A stretch of DNA of 27,188 nucleotides from Candidatus Caldarchaeum sp. GTDB taxonomy: Archaea > Thermoproteota > Nitrososphaeria_A > Caldarchaeales > Caldarchaeaceae. Below are positions 8,992 to 18,033 of the stretch, one piece after another. Within the stretch, counting starts at the first letter, position 1; each line of letters begins with the position of its first letter. The notes below the pieces were generated by a model. That model was given only the letters and a program-made list of their open reading frames with translations, made no database searches and had not been told where the DNA came from. The stretch is from positions 1 to 27,188 of the forward strand of contig JAWBKB010000019.1 in the NCBI GenBank assembly GCA_038831915.1, given 5' to 3'. The position numbers and the translations under genes are program-made.

Positions 8992-9506
8992 GCCGCGAAA
9001 ACGAGTCTGAAACTTTTCTGCCCCGGGTTGGCCGCGTTCGTAAAAGCCATCCCCGTGTCGAAGCTTTCGGCGCGATTGATGAGCTTTCGTCTTTCATCGG
9101 GTTGGCACGGTCTATGGTTTCAGACGCGGAGACGAAAGAAATTTTGAAGAAGGTTCAGAATAGCTTGTTTCACGTCGGCTCATATCTTGCTGTAGCGAAT
9201 CATCCGATTGACCAAGCTCTTGGTGTTCGCGGTGAGCTGGAAACATTTGAAAGGAAAGTTAAGAAGATGCTGCCTCCTTTGACGCGTTTTATTTATCCTG
9301 GCGGGGTTACGGCCGCCGCGGCCCTGCATGTTTGCCGTGCGGTGGCTCGAAGGGCTGAAAGAACTTTGGTGCGCCTTTCGGAGCAAGAGCCTGTCGACCA
9401 AGCTGTGATTTCTTACATGAACTATCTTTCCAAGTTTTTCTTTACCGTCGCGAGGTATATCAACGCTGTTGACGGTGGTGTCGAGGAGGAATGGGTTTCC
9501 CGCTAA
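8988..9506 (+). CDS. PduO/MMAB-type cob(I)alamin adenosyltransferase homolog (degenerate N-terminus)
   Basis: RVRK..PRVEAFGAIDELSSFIG, FIYPGG, LHVCRAVARRAER, FTVARYIN. Confidence 0.85.
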   Translation: MSRENESETFLPRVGRVRKSHPRVEAFGAIDELSSFIGLARSMVSDAETKEILKKVQNSLFHVGSYLAVANHPIDQALGVRGELETFERKVKKMLPPLTRFIYPGGVTAAAALHVCRAVARRAERTLVRLSEQEPVDQAVISYMNYLSKFFFTVARYINAVDGGVEEEWVSR

Positions 9507-10213
9507 GCTTTTCGTTTTTTCGCGGCTTTGACCATGAAATCCAGCAGAAGCTCGAAAACGAATAGAAGAGGCGTGGGTTTGAGGAATTTCGTAGCCCCTA
9601 AGTTGAATGAAGCGTTGAAGGATGGCCTCCGCATTTCGGCCACGTCTCCGAACCAAATCTGCAGAAGAAGCTTAACTTTTGGGAAGAACGTGTAGGAGAA
9701 TGCTGTTCCACCCATTTTTTCTCTTTTCCCTCCTATACTTCGTGAAATTTCTTCGAACAGTGGTTTGTTGTATCCGAAATGCTTCTCCAAAGGTCTCGTC
9801 ACGTTTTTTTGGTAGTGGTAGAGGAAAGCAGGCTGTTTAAGCAGTTGGTCGAGAGGCACCCATGTGTCGGAGACGGCCCCTCCCTCGCCTAACAAATACT
9901 CTACTATGACGAAGGCGAGTTTGTCGTCGGCGCGTTTTCCAGTCATCAAGTCAACAACCATGTGATTGTCCAGCTCCACCGTGTAGGTCTTGTGCAGAAC
10001 ATTTACGATGTATCGGCCTGCTCGCCCATCACCACCAGGCAAATACACTACGTCACATTTCTTCATGGTCGCAACGTGATTGACCTTAACAAGCCTTTCA
10101 AACGATTCTTTAAGCCAACGCGAAATGGTTTCGGGTGAGGCGTCTGGAGATTGTTCTACAGGCTTCATCGCTTTCAAAAACCACGCCACATGAATCGATA
10201 TATCTTTTAACAA
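9503..10213 (-). CDS. Hypothetical protein, DUF3786-like (true start may be the internal ATG, MKPVEQ)
   Basis: 236-aa ORF; YLL...WVPL...PL...FG and FFPKV.L...W.GD pattern resembles DUF3786 proteins. Confidence 0.55.
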   Translation of the reverse strand: MLKDISIHVAWFLKAMKPVEQSPDASPETISRWLKESFERLVKVNHVATMKKCDVVYLPGGDGRAGRYIVNVLHKTYTVELDNHMVVDLMTGKRADDKLAFVIVEYLLGEGGAVSDTWVPLDQLLKQPAFLYHYQKNVTRPLEKHFGYNKPLFEEISRSIGGKREKMGGTAFSYTFFPKVKLLLQIWFGDVAEMRRPSFNASFNLGATKFLKPTPLLFVFELLLDFMVKAAKKRKA

Positions 10214-10231
10214 ATAAGCTTGTCATAACTC

Positions 10232-10246
10232 AAAAAAGAAAAAAAG
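10232..10246 (-). terminator. Oligo-T terminator downstream of the archaellin remnant
   Basis: Two T-runs separated by one C on the minus strand, starting about 15 nt after the archaellin stop at 10262. Confidence 0.5.
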
Positions 10247-10261
10247 GGGAGGAGGACTGTG

Positions 10262-10637
10262 CTACGTCAAATCCATCGCAGGGTCGAAAGACGGCGGCAA
10301 CCTTCTTTCAACTTTGAGGAGCGAACCCTGAGGAGGTTTGATTTCGACGCTGAAAACGTCGTTTGGCTCTATGCTGGCTCCGAGTCACGTTGATTTTGAC
10401 CGCCCAGACTTCGCCGTATTCGAGAACGGTGTCTCCGTCACCCGTCACTTGGTAGACGGCTGTTATCGTTGAGTTGTTGGGGTAAATGTTCTCGCGGAAA
10501 ACGGCCCTGTCCCTGTATGTAATCACAAATTTACCGGCCCTCATATCGACTTCGCCTTTGCCAACCGATGACTTGATGTAAACTACAATTTCAGTAACCG
10601 TCGTTCCCTTGCTTCTCGCGACTATCTGACCGCGACC
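10262..10637 (-). pseudogene. arlB: Archaellin (ArlB/FlaB) C-terminal fragment, 5'-deleted and frameshifted
   Basis: GQIVARSKGTTVTEIVVYIKSSVGKGEVDM...GDGDTVLEYGEVWAVKINV, a shift near 10382, then IEPNDVFSVEIKPPQGSLLKVERRLPPSFDPAMDLT*. The class III signal peptide and N-terminal helix are absent. Confidence 0.8.
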
Positions 10638-11285
10638 GGGTCTTTGAAGAATTCGGTGTACATGCTGAAGCTCAGCGATTTCGGCCTCATGAACACACTG
10701 CTGAACAAGTTAGAGTCAAGGCTGAAAATCGGTGTTTCGCAAACCCTCTCAGTGAAAACCCTTGGTGTCGAAACCCACGGCAGACTCGGCGAAAGAACAT
10801 TTTCAGTCCTAGCTGAAATGCTTAAATCAGGCGCGCGGCCCAGCCACGCATGCAACATCCTCAGCGAATACGTCGCGACAACTCTCATGTATGACAAAAG
10901 AAAAGAACAGATAACGTCAACCCTCAAAACACTTTCCATCCCTCTACACGCCACGCTCGCCGCGACATTCGCCCTGCTGACGACACTTCTGTCCATTCTA
11001 TCGCAAATCTCTTCACTGCTAGGAAGCCAACTCATGATAATACGGCCAATCCCAGCCAAAACAGTAGTCACCTACTTCTACACCATAATCGCCGTCACAT
11101 CCCTGATAACGGCGTTAAACATCTACCTAGCCGAAGGCGACTTCATGTCCACCCTAAAATACTACCTTGGAATCATTCTCACAGTCAGCGGAATATCGTA
11201 CTTCGTGATGTCGACATCAAGCGAACAACTTCTTTCAAGCTTCATGGGACTAACCCAAAGAATACAAAACCTTTCTCCAGGGTGA
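10638..11285 (+). pseudogene. arlJ: Archaellum platform protein ArlJ/FlaJ, C-terminal part only
   Basis: DFG.M..LL.KL..RL..G...ETHG...SG..P...ILS...KR.Q followed by three TM segments matches the second T2SS-F domain. About 215 aa, versus roughly 450-580 aa for full ArlJ. Confidence 0.7.
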
Positions 11286-11719
11286 ACCAGAAAATGGCTG
11301 AAACCGCCATAATCCCACCTCCCAACGTTATCCCGCTCCTCTTTTTCGCCGCGTTGGCTGCATGCGTCGTCATCCTCCACCTACTCCTCATAATCATAGG
11401 TTCTCGGAAGCTCTCTATCCAACCATCAATTGCTCCAGTTCTGCAACCTGCGCCACGAAACTTGACCTCGCCGCGTTCAACAACCGTCCCGACAAAAACA
11501 GAACCTACACCGCCTACCCCTTCAAAATCAGTCGAAGACTTTCCAAAACGCCTTGAAAAAATAGACGAACTCCTCAACACACTTGAAACCATGGTTAAAG
11601 CAAAGCAGGAAAACACTAAGCACCCCGAAGCAGAAACAATCATTCAAACTGAATCACAACAAGAAACCGACATTAGCGAAATCGTCCGACTAGCCAAATC
11701 GCTTAAAAGAGAAATATAG
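11282..11719 (+). CDS. Single-pass membrane protein with Pro/Thr-rich linker and coiled-coil tail (possible archaellum accessory)
   Basis: One hydrophobic helix, PTPPTP linker, charged helical segment; start overlaps the arlJ stop (alternative ATG 11294). Confidence 0.6.
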   Translation: MNQKMAETAIIPPPNVIPLLFFAALAACVVILHLLLIIIGSRKLSIQPSIAPVLQPAPRNLTSPRSTTVPTKTEPTPPTPSKSVEDFPKRLEKIDELLNTLETMVKAKQENTKHPEAETIIQTESQQETDISEIVRLAKSLKREI

Positions 11720-11842
11720 AACATAATGACTTTGTCTAAACCGCCGAACCGCCAACAATGATATCTTTGTAAGGTCGATTTGCCAGGGGTTTTTCTCTTT
11801 CGCTGACTAAACGCTTAATACTTCGCAAGAGTTAGCGGTGCT

Positions 11843-12823
11843 ATGCTCAAACCACCCGTGGAACAACTTGAAAAATATTACAAAACCATCAGGTCTCCAA
11901 GGATGAAAGTAATTCTGTCAGTCCAAGCCGAAGCCAACAGAGCCGTCCGCAGCTGGCTTGATTCACATGGATTTCTAGAGATTCTTCCACCGATAATCGG
12001 ACCCGTAACCGACCCAGGTATAAGGGGCGCGAAACAAGCCACGATAGACTTTTACGGAAAAGAATACAAAGTGATGAGCAGCGCCATCCTCTACAAACAG
12101 ATGCTTGCAACCGCGTTCGACAAAATCTATTTCTTCTCACCGAACATCAGGCTGGAACCACTCGAGTCAGCTACGACAGGCAGACACCTCGTCGAATTCG
12201 TACAAATCGACATCGAAGAAGCCGACATCGACTATAAGGCTGCTATGTCCACCGCCGAACAACTGCTAACCCATGTAGTGAACCACGTCGCCGAAACCAT
12301 GAAAAAAGAATTAGAAGCACTTGGAAGAACTGTTCCAAGGTTTAAGCCACCTTTCCGGAAAATCAGCCACGCCGAAGCCGTAGAAATCCTCCGCGCCCAC
12401 GGGGAGCCGGTCAACCCCAACGCAGAAATTCCATGGCCACAGGAAGAAAAATTGTCGAAGATCATCAACGAACCATTCTTTATAATGGACTATCCCCGTG
12501 GAGCGAGAGGGTTCTACGACAAAGAAGACCCATCAAGACCCGGAATACTCAAAGACTTTGACCTAATGTATCCGGAAGGGTTCGGAGAAGCAGCATCAGG
12601 GGCCGAACGTGAATATGAATACGGCAAAGTCTTGGCCCGGCTTCGTGAAAGCGGTGAAAACCCAGCGAAATACGGATGGTATCTCGACATGCTGCGGGAA
12701 GGAATAAGGCCGACGGCGGGATTCGGCATAGGTGTTGAAAGGCTAACCCGCTACCTCTGTGGTCTACAAGCAGTGTGGGAGGCGAGACCTTATCCGAAAG
12801 TGGCCGGCATCTATTCACCGTGA
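11843..12823 (+). CDS. Archaeal-type asparagine synthetase A (AsnRS-like catalytic core without anticodon-binding domain)
   Basis: 326 aa; TDPG, SSAILYKQ, SPNIRLE...RHLVEFVQIDIE (motif 2), GEAASGAERE, AGFGIGVERL (motif 3); no N-terminal OB fold. Confidence 0.88.
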   Translation: MLKPPVEQLEKYYKTIRSPRMKVILSVQAEANRAVRSWLDSHGFLEILPPIIGPVTDPGIRGAKQATIDFYGKEYKVMSSAILYKQMLATAFDKIYFFSPNIRLEPLESATTGRHLVEFVQIDIEEADIDYKAAMSTAEQLLTHVVNHVAETMKKELEALGRTVPRFKPPFRKISHAEAVEILRAHGEPVNPNAEIPWPQEEKLSKIINEPFFIMDYPRGARGFYDKEDPSRPGILKDFDLMYPEGFGEAASGAEREYEYGKVLARLRESGENPAKYGWYLDMLREGIRPTAGFGIGVERLTRYLCGLQAVWEARPYPKVAGIYSP

Positions 12824-12831
12824 AATAGACC

Positions 12832-14199
12832 TTGAACATTTCAGCCATACTACGACTACTACTTAAGCTATTCAGAAGCCCTTCAGCAACCAAATCATTC
12901 AACAAATTCATCCAAGAATATCCGGTTGAAAAGCTGGTCGAACGCGCGCTGAAAGGGAGGCAGACGGTTTTTCCGCTGTCGGAACTCGACGAATTCGGAA
13001 AAGCTCTACTCGGCGCCTCCATTTACCTACCAGGCGTTCCAAAACACGACACCCTCGACAGCATTCTCATCGCCCCGCCACTTTTCACACCCAAGAGGCT
13101 GAAGAAGATGGAAGAACTCATGAGGGAACCATTATTCAGCGACGTGGAGACAAAAGTGGTCGTGGGAGGATTCCAGTCAAGAATTCCCGTTGTAATCAGC
13201 TCGATGGGCTCGACACCGGTCTATAACAAAGTTTCGCTCGAAGTTTCCAAAGCAGCCGCTAAAGCCGGCGTTCCCATCGGAATCGGTGAAAACGTAGCAA
13301 CAGTTTGGGGCTATGCAAAAAGAGTCAAGCAGAATCAGCCATGCTTCAAAGAAAGAATCATGACCTACTTTACCAATTTAGAAGGCGGGTATGGTGGAGT
13401 TTTCATACAGCAGAGCGTCGAAGACGCCTACGACGAGCTATGGAACAAGATATACTCCGACCCCGACATAACCCCATACATATACGAAGGAAAAGTTGGG
13501 TTTGAAATCAAGCTCGGGCAGGGGGCGAAACCCGGCCTCGGCGGCGAAACATTCGTCGAAAGAGAGACCGCGATTCGGCTGAGTGACAAATATTCGTTAG
13601 ACGCAGACCCGAAAACAGTCGATAAACCGCTTTACGAAAGACATTCAGCGCCCGGCACCTACACCGCAGAAATATTACGCAGCATGATACGGCTCATGCA
13701 TAACAACTATCCACGCGCACGGCTGTGGATAAAATCGGGGCCCTATCGGGATTTTGAAGAAGTCGCCACGATTTGCGGCGAGGAAAAGACCGACGTAGTC
13801 TGGGTGGACGGCAAAGAAGGCGGCACAGGACTCAGCCCTATAACAGCACTCAAAGACTTGGGCCTTCCCCTGCTCGCCGTTCTATCGAAAGTGACAAAAC
13901 TCCGAGCCAAAACACCTGTAGACTTCGTTTTTTCCGGGCGCGTCATCGACGGCGGTGACGTAGTCAAAATCCTGTGCTTCGGAGCTAAAGCGGCTGGTGT
14001 CGGGAGACCAATAGTCGTCGCGGCGACGGCAAACGGAGAAAAAGGCGTCGAAAACTATCTAGAAGCGGTTAGAATAGAAATTCAGCTCTTAACTTCCGCC
14101 GTTGGCAAATACCATGTTTACGACCTAGGTTTAGAGGATGTCGTCGCCGTCGACTCTGTTCTCGCCGAAGCCCTTGGCATCAAAAGCATCTACACCTGA
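12832..14199 (+). CDS. FMN-binding glutamate synthase family protein
   Basis: SSMGS, IGE, EIKLGQGAKPGLGG, WIK, VDGKEGGTG, GLP, SGR...GGDVVK...GA. Confidence 0.85.
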   Translation: MNISAILRLLLKLFRSPSATKSFNKFIQEYPVEKLVERALKGRQTVFPLSELDEFGKALLGASIYLPGVPKHDTLDSILIAPPLFTPKRLKKMEELMREPLFSDVETKVVVGGFQSRIPVVISSMGSTPVYNKVSLEVSKAAAKAGVPIGIGENVATVWGYAKRVKQNQPCFKERIMTYFTNLEGGYGGVFIQQSVEDAYDELWNKIYSDPDITPYIYEGKVGFEIKLGQGAKPGLGGETFVERETAIRLSDKYSLDADPKTVDKPLYERHSAPGTYTAEILRSMIRLMHNNYPRARLWIKSGPYRDFEEVATICGEEKTDVVWVDGKEGGTGLSPITALKDLGLPLLAVLSKVTKLRAKTPVDFVFSGRVIDGGDVVKILCFGAKAAGVGRPIVVAATANGEKGVENYLEAVRIEIQLLTSAVGKYHVYDLGLEDVVAVDSVLAEALGIKSIYT

Positions 14200-14531
14200 T
14201 GCACGGCGAGGTTCTTTATCGTATTGAAGTCTTACTCGAATTTTTCTGACACTCCCACAGAAATAGGTGAGCTTCTCGGATGGGTATCCAACTATATGGA
14301 ACCGCATTTCATCCGTTATGGGTTGCGGCGGCTGAGAGAAACTTGCCTCCCCCGACAAAGCAACGGCCATCCGTGCCAGTCGAATACAGCACGGCGACAC
14401 CGCCTTCACGCAGCTCTTTCATCGAAGCATGTCGGCGACTTCTTAGCGACTCTGTCAGCCGCAACCTCGCTTACGGGGATCAAGCGTTTTCCGACGTAGT
14501 GGTCTTTGACAACGAACACCTAGTGATACAC
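14200..14531 (-). pseudogene. EVE/PUA-like domain pseudogene (3' end approximate)
   Basis: GTG TAT CAC TAG GTG TTC GTT GTC AAA GAC reads MYH*VFVVKD (TAG plausibly from TGG). Other frames give MKELREGGVAVLYSTGTDGRCFVGGGKF and QPPQPITDEM. Confidence 0.5.
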
Positions 14532-14564
14532 GTTTTTCGGGCCAAACACACGGTTATATCATTT

Positions 14565-16382
14565 TCACAGAACCGTCACGGATTTGGCCAAATTTCTCGG
14601 CTTATCCGGGTCATAGCCCTTCAAAACGGCCATGTGATACGCCAACAGCTGGAAAGGAACCGCGTATGTTATCGGTGTTAATAATGGATGAGTTCGGGGC
14701 AGCCCATAGTAGAAGTCTGCCAACGTTTTAAGCTCCTCATCTCCTTCGTCGCCGAAAATTATAACATAAGCCCCTCTTGCCTTCATCTCCATCACGCTGC
14801 TGATGTTGTGTTTTCGAAATTCATCAGGCGGAATCACAAATATCACGGGAACATTTTCCTCAATCACGCTTATCGGTCCATGCTTACTTTCGCCCGAGGG
14901 GTAGGCGATACAGGGGACGTAAGAAAGCTCCATAACTTTCAGCCTTCCCTCATATGCAGTGCTCGTCGACACCCCTCGTCCCAGCATGAAAATGAAAGGT
15001 TTCTTGACTAAAATTTGTGCGAGCTCCTTCATTTTCGCCGACGCCGTTGTCAAAACTTTTTCCACGAGCTCCGGAATCTTCGCCAGCTCGATGCTGAATT
15101 CATCCATTTCATACTGGGCTATCTTTCCCCGTGAACGTGCAAGCCTGAGAGCAATCAACGCCAAAACAAGCACCTGTGAAGTAAAGGTCTTGGTCGCGGC
15201 GACTCCAATCTCAGGCCCTGAATTCTGCAGAACATAAGCCCTTGAAATCCGAGTCAACGTCGAGCCAACAGTATTCGTCAAACCGAGTATGGTGCAGGCC
15301 CTCATCCGAGCGAATTCCAACGCGTTCAAAACATCCGCCGTCTCCCCCGACTGGCTCACAGCAAGGACAACCGTGTCTGAGCTCACCGACTCTCCATAAT
15401 TAGCGACAAATTCCGACGCAATCACAGGAAAAGTCGAAAGCTTAGCAAGCTTCGAAAACAAATAAGAACCCGCAACACATGCATTATGCGACGTCCCCGC
15501 ACCGACCAAGAAGATTACACGGCCCTTGTCGAGAAGTTCCGCGACCAAATTGATGTATTCCTTTTGAGCTCTTAAGGAGTCGCGGAGCACTGATGGCTGC
15601 TCAAAAATTTCTTTGAGCATGAAATGAGGATGACCCTGTTTTTCAGCCATTTCGACGGTGATGTTGATTTTTTTCACAGGCCTGTCTACTGGTGTCCCGT
15701 CGCTGAAGCGGAAAATCCGATACTTGTCTTTTCCCACGGCCGCGGCGTCTCCATCATGTAGGAAAATCATCTCGTTTGTCATGTCCAGCAAAGCAGTGAT
15801 GTCGGAGGCAACCATGTTAAATCCAGTACCCACGCCAATTATGAGCGGAGCCTCTTTCCGCGCCACCATTATCACGTCCGGCTGGTTTAAGGAGATGGCC
15901 GCTATGGCGAAGCTTCCTTCAAGCCTTTTGACCGCCTGAACAAAAGCATCCTCAAACGACATTCCTTTTTTCATGTATTCCTCAATAAGATGAGGCACAA
16001 CCTCAGTGTCAGTTCTTGAAACAATGTTGTGGTCGATATCAGTCAACTCTTTTTTCAGAAGCAGATAGTTTTCCAATACACCGTTGTGAACGACAGCAAT
16101 TTTGCCGGTACAGTCAAGATGAGGATGAGCGTTGACCTTGGATGGCGCGCCATGCGTGGCCCAGCGGGTGTGAGCGATTCCCATGTTTCCAGGCATTCTA
16201 TCCAGCCCAAGGCTACGGTTGATATCCTCAATCTTACCCGCGTCTTTGCTAACCAACAAACCATGCTCAGAAATCGTCGCTACACCGGTGGAATCATAGC
16301 CACGGTATTCCAACCTTTTCAGAGACCGGACCAGAATAGGCGCCGCGCTGTCGTTTCCAACGTAGCCAGCGATACCGCACAT
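14565..16382 (-). CDS. glmS: Glutamine--fructose-6-phosphate aminotransferase
   Basis: MCGIAG start at 16382, LEYRGYDS, HTRWATHG, HNG, GAGTS, SQSGETAD, VAATKTF, KHGP, PRNLAKSVTV. Confidence 0.97.
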   Translation of the reverse strand: MCGIAGYVGNDSAAPILVRSLKRLEYRGYDSTGVATISEHGLLVSKDAGKIEDINRSLGLDRMPGNMGIAHTRWATHGAPSKVNAHPHLDCTGKIAVVHNGVLENYLLLKKELTDIDHNIVSRTDTEVVPHLIEEYMKKGMSFEDAFVQAVKRLEGSFAIAAISLNQPDVIMVARKEAPLIIGVGTGFNMVASDITALLDMTNEMIFLHDGDAAAVGKDKYRIFRFSDGTPVDRPVKKINITVEMAEKQGHPHFMLKEIFEQPSVLRDSLRAQKEYINLVAELLDKGRVIFLVGAGTSHNACVAGSYLFSKLAKLSTFPVIASEFVANYGESVSSDTVVLAVSQSGETADVLNALEFARMRACTILGLTNTVGSTLTRISRAYVLQNSGPEIGVAATKTFTSQVLVLALIALRLARSRGKIAQYEMDEFSIELAKIPELVEKVLTTASAKMKELAQILVKKPFIFMLGRGVSTSTAYEGRLKVMELSYVPCIAYPSGESKHGPISVIEENVPVIFVIPPDEFRKHNISSVMEMKARGAYVIIFGDEGDEELKTLADFYYGLPRTHPLLTPITYAVPFQLLAYHMAVLKGYDPDKPRNLAKSVTVL

Positions 16383-16435
16383 GCATTTCGACGTAAGCCG
16401 CCATTTATAAACACGTTTCAAAAATAAATACACCG

Positions 16436-16452
16436 GTAAAATTTCTTTTTAC
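16436..16452. promoter_or_regulatory. Candidate operator palindrome GTAAAA-N5-TTTTAC
   Basis: Perfect 6-bp inverted repeat between glmS and the divergent HTH gene. Confidence 0.35.
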
Positions 16453-16454
16453 AC

Positions 16455-17381
16455 TTGAAGAAAGCCACACTTTGTATGGGTGATCGGGAGTTAGAGGTGG
16501 TTGTAATCAGTCCTCAAATGCTTCGTCTCTTTTCTTCGCCGGTAGCGTATCGATTGATGAGAGCTTTCGAGAAGCCGAGCTATGTTTCAAGAGTGGCGGC
16601 TGAAACAGGCTCGAGCAAACAGCTTGTCGGAATGCATGTGAAAAGACTTGCAAGAGCAGGGCTTCTGAAAGAAACGGGGACCGTCGACTTTCGAGGTGGT
16701 CATGCGAAACTGTACAGGTCGTCAGCTCCCGCCATAGCTACGATATTCTCTCGAAAGGCCGGTAGGTCAAGAACAAAGCACGTAGCCATGCCTGAAAAAC
16801 TATCCAAGTTTCTCCATCCACTCGTTGAAAAAGGTTCTTTGAACGGTCTTGTCGTGGTGGGCTCCCCGCATCCGCACGGGCCTTTCAGAGCTGTCGCAAC
16901 CGATGGACACTACGGCTTTCAGCTCGGTCTCTTCCTTGGACGCTATGTCGACGAAATCACGGATTTCGCGGTGAGGCTTGACGTCGACGTGAAATCCGAA
17001 AAACTCTACACCGAAAACCTCATGCTTCTCGGAGGCCCTGGCACAAACATCATCACGTCTTTGGTCAACAAAGACCTACCGATTAACTTCATGGAAAGCA
17101 ACTACTGGGCGGGAATAGTGGCGACAAAACAGACCTACACCAGCGAATTTGCGGGAATAGTTGCAAAAACAGTCAACCCGTTTGACTCCGGCAAAACAGT
17201 CATCGTGTTGGGAGGACTGCGTGCAGCTGGCACCAAGGCATGCGTCATCGCGTTAACCCGTTTCTGGGAAAAACTCCTAAGCAATTACGATGGTCAAAAA
17301 ACTTGGGCCGCTGTCGTAGAAGGACTTGACCTTGACGGAGATGGAAAAATCGATTCAGTAGAAATTTTAGAAGTCAGCTAA
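16455..17381 (+). CDS. wHTH (ArsR-like) transcriptional regulator with large C-terminal alpha/beta domain
   Basis: SYVSRVAAETGSSKQLVGMHVKRLARAGLL HTH; C-terminal GSPHPHG, NLMLLGGP..N, NPF and DLDGDG motifs. Start may be ATG 16476. Confidence 0.75.
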   Translation: MKKATLCMGDRELEVVVISPQMLRLFSSPVAYRLMRAFEKPSYVSRVAAETGSSKQLVGMHVKRLARAGLLKETGTVDFRGGHAKLYRSSAPAIATIFSRKAGRSRTKHVAMPEKLSKFLHPLVEKGSLNGLVVVGSPHPHGPFRAVATDGHYGFQLGLFLGRYVDEITDFAVRLDVDVKSEKLYTENLMLLGGPGTNIITSLVNKDLPINFMESNYWAGIVATKQTYTSEFAGIVAKTVNPFDSGKTVIVLGGLRAAGTKACVIALTRFWEKLLSNYDGQKTWAAVVEGLDLDGDGKIDSVEILEVS

Positions 17382-17957
17382 TTTTCGGGCTATAGCCTCG
17401 GCTTTCGCAAGGTCTTCTTCGGTGTCAACGTCAATCAAGTATTCTTCTTGTGACTCGACAGGGATTATGTTAATCTTGGAAAATACGTTTCGGGCACCGA
17501 CATCGCCTTCAACCATATACAGCAAATGCAGAACTTTTCGTGAAAAAATCACGGGGTTCACGGGTTTTCCTTTGAATGCGGCTGCTACAGCTTCTGGCTT
17601 TTCTTGCCTGAAGACGTCGAGTAGCCGAGGGAAGATTCTGTCAGTGAAAGGCATGTCGCCTAACATCAGAGCCAGGCCATCCGCTTCCCATGGAGTCCAG
17701 CTCACGGCGAGTTTAATCGACTCACTCAAACCACGTTCTGCTCTGGTGTTTACCAGCACGGCAATTTGAGTCGGAATTTTGAATAGTTTTGTTGTTTCGG
17801 GCCTCAACACAACGGCACGGAAGTCAAAATGATCAAGACATTTCAAAGACCAGTGCAGCACCGGCAACCCACGAATATTTGCGGACAGTTTGTCGCCTTC
17901 AAACCTTTTGGAAAAACCAGCCGCCAAGACGCATCCAGCGATTTTCATAGTCATCAA
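17367..17957 (-). CDS. MocA/MobA-like nucleotidyltransferase
   Basis: LAAGFSKRF..DKL, GLSES, LGDMP, NPV.F, GDVGAR, DVDT.EDL. Confidence 0.88.
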   Translation of the reverse strand: MMTMKIAGCVLAAGFSKRFEGDKLSANIRGLPVLHWSLKCLDHFDFRAVVLRPETTKLFKIPTQIAVLVNTRAERGLSESIKLAVSWTPWEADGLALMLGDMPFTDRIFPRLLDVFRQEKPEAVAAAFKGKPVNPVIFSRKVLHLLYMVEGDVGARNVFSKINIIPVESQEEYLIDVDTEEDLAKAEAIARKLADF

Positions 17958-18033
17958 GCGGAATAATCATGTATAAACATAGCCGCGATATATTTAAAAA
18001 TCCATGGAGCTATCTATGTAAAGGTGTCGGTAG

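Noticed and set aside
11720-11842. Possible C/D-box sRNA (ATGA...CTGA words)
   Set aside because: Boxes are degenerate and spacing does not fit an archaeal C/D guide.
11843-12823. Asparaginyl-tRNA synthetase, or a functional link to tRNA-Asn at 26939
   Set aside because: It lacks the anticodon-binding domain, and the tRNA is 14 kb away beyond unrelated genes.
14520-14522. In-frame TAG as pyrrolysine or readthrough
   Set aside because: The same gene has further frameshifts and no pyl genes are present; simple decay is more likely.
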